Below, in pieces: positions 63,031-64,000 of a DNA stretch of 64,000 bases (position 1 is its first letter; each line of letters opens with the position of its first letter). The position numbers and the translations under genes were made by a program. A model generated the notes under the pieces. The model had not been told where the DNA came from. It saw only the letters and a program-made list of their open reading frames with translations, and did not search any database. This DNA comes from an uncultured Phycisphaerales bacterium. Lineage in GTDB: Bacteria; Planctomycetota; Phycisphaerae; Tepidisphaerales; Tepidisphaeraceae. Where the stretch lies: assembly GCA_963844715.1 (NCBI GenBank), contig CAWJPJ010000006.1:640001-704000 (forward strand), given 5' to 3'.

Positions 63031-63420
63031 CCGATTGGAAATCTTGCGCAAACTTGGATGCCAGGAAGTATTGTGCCTTGTTTCAATGGATGATGAGGCC
63101 TTCACGTATAATCATAAGGTGAACACCGTTCAACCGATCCAAGAGCACTTCATGATTATGAAGGCGCTGCAAAACGGCGTGTCCGAAGAACGGATTGCGG
63201 CAAGCCTCAACGTTGACGTGAAAGCTATCCGAACTAAACGCGATTTGCTGAACGGAATTTGTCCTGAGGCAATTGAAATACTCAAGGAAAAAAGGGCAAC
63301 GGCGGCAGCACTTCGCGAAATGAGGAAGGTCACTCCAATGCGGCAGATTGAAATGGCGGAACTGATGGTCGCGGCCAACAACTTTTCAACTTCCTACGCC
63401 GAGTGTCTTGTTGCTACCAC
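63031..63420 (+). pseudogene. ParB/RepB-like partition protein, internal fragment fused to the recombinase fragment
   Basis: DDEAFTYN, IQEHFMI.KA...GVSEERIA..LNVD, LL.GICPEA, MRQIEMAELM...NNFS..YA. Confidence 0.7.
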
Positions 63421-63615
63421 AACCATACCACCAAATCGCTCGTGGAACGACGCTGCCAAATGAGCTGAAGTAAAGGATCCACCAGAACCTACTGCAATAA
63501 GAGGCAAGAATCTGGACTCGGTGATAGCGCGGATAATTTGCGTGATATCAGCATCGATTGCTGCTGAATAGGTGCGGCTCAATGAAAGAAGTTCATTCTG
63601 ATATGGTCTTCCCAA
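63421..63615 (-). pseudogene. SIS (sugar isomerase)-domain protein, N-terminal fragment
   Basis: MGRPY..EL..L..TY, PLIAVGSGGSFTSA sugar-phosphate-binding loop; truncated after about 65 codons. Confidence 0.55.
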
Positions 63616-63784
63616 GGTCTTGGCTCCAATTCTAAAGCGCGCGATGACTTATAAAGACGCGCCGGATCAATTATATCGGAACGTTGGGCCCGCGGCGACG
63701 TGCAGAGAAGTGTTTGAGAATTAGCACAACCACAACCCGCAAAGTATTGTCCGGGTTTACTCAAGATTTACGATCTATGACTTC

Positions 63785-64000
63785 CTATCCAATGGCCGCC
63801 GCGATTTGTCTGGCCGCCTCTGAATTTTTTTCCGCGTAAATTTCGGTGACGTTCAAAGTGGCATGGCCAAGAACATGCTGCGCCGCCTCGATACCGAAAC
63901 GCTTGCGGATTTCGGTTGCCGCGCTATGACGTAATTGGTGCGGATGCCAGGCATGGGCATGATGCCACTTTCTCAGCTCCGCGCTGCTCCCCGGTCAACC
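63785..64000 (-). CDS. Tyrosine recombinase/integrase, C-terminal end (not in ORF track; 5' part outside window)
   Basis: Manual translation: WHPHQLRHSAATEIRKRFGIEAAQHVLGHATLNVTEIYAEK...IG* (HxLRH, LGH, catalytic Tyr). Confidence 0.9.

Larger units (their letters stand above)
56543..64000. mobile_element. Decayed integrative/conjugative element (genomic island), extends beyond window
   Basis: tRNA remnant at left; trbB, traG/virD4, serine recombinase, RepB-like and tyrosine integrase genes or fragments; visibly more AT-rich than the core genes. Confidence 0.75.

Noticed and set aside
62828..63463. Genuine recombinase-RepB fusion protein
   Set aside because: Both parts are internal fragments lacking their N-terminal domains; best read as a deletion junction

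Overview
GC-rich bacterial window, most likely a Planctomycetota (Phycisphaerae/Tepidisphaerales-like) genome. This is inferred from a LEPR-XLL-type N-terminus, PEP-CTERM proteins, a planctomycete-style ECF sigma factor and integrase, and a stand-alone CoaC. Single-base frameshifts occur even in housekeeping genes (argS, aroF, mfd), so most are probably long-read consensus errors and genes were reassembled across frames by eye. 1-8.9 kb is a housekeeping run: HD phosphodiesterase, ybeY, CNNM/hemolysin, aroF, tpiA, secG, yicC, gmk, rpoZ, coaC, argS. 9-56 kb is accessory: secreted carbohydrate-active enzymes (GH44, two CE8, FGE/BNR, six-hairpin GH, GH106, IS-disrupted GH76, GH13), two exosortase substrates, S53 and S1 proteases, an orphan RHS toxin-immunity cassette, mfd and cls. 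56.5-64 kb is a heavily deleted integrative-element mosaic bounded by a tRNA 3'-half remnant. The best candidate for an undescribed system is the minus-strand operon at 15.4-18.7 kb. It encodes a divergent Lgt paralog, a Tes/MJ0619-like radical SAM enzyme, and three paralogous small membrane proteins that all end in a lipobox-like LLxG(A/V)CF cysteine motif. Several families of short palindromic repeats are present, one of which encodes the GH44 signal peptide.
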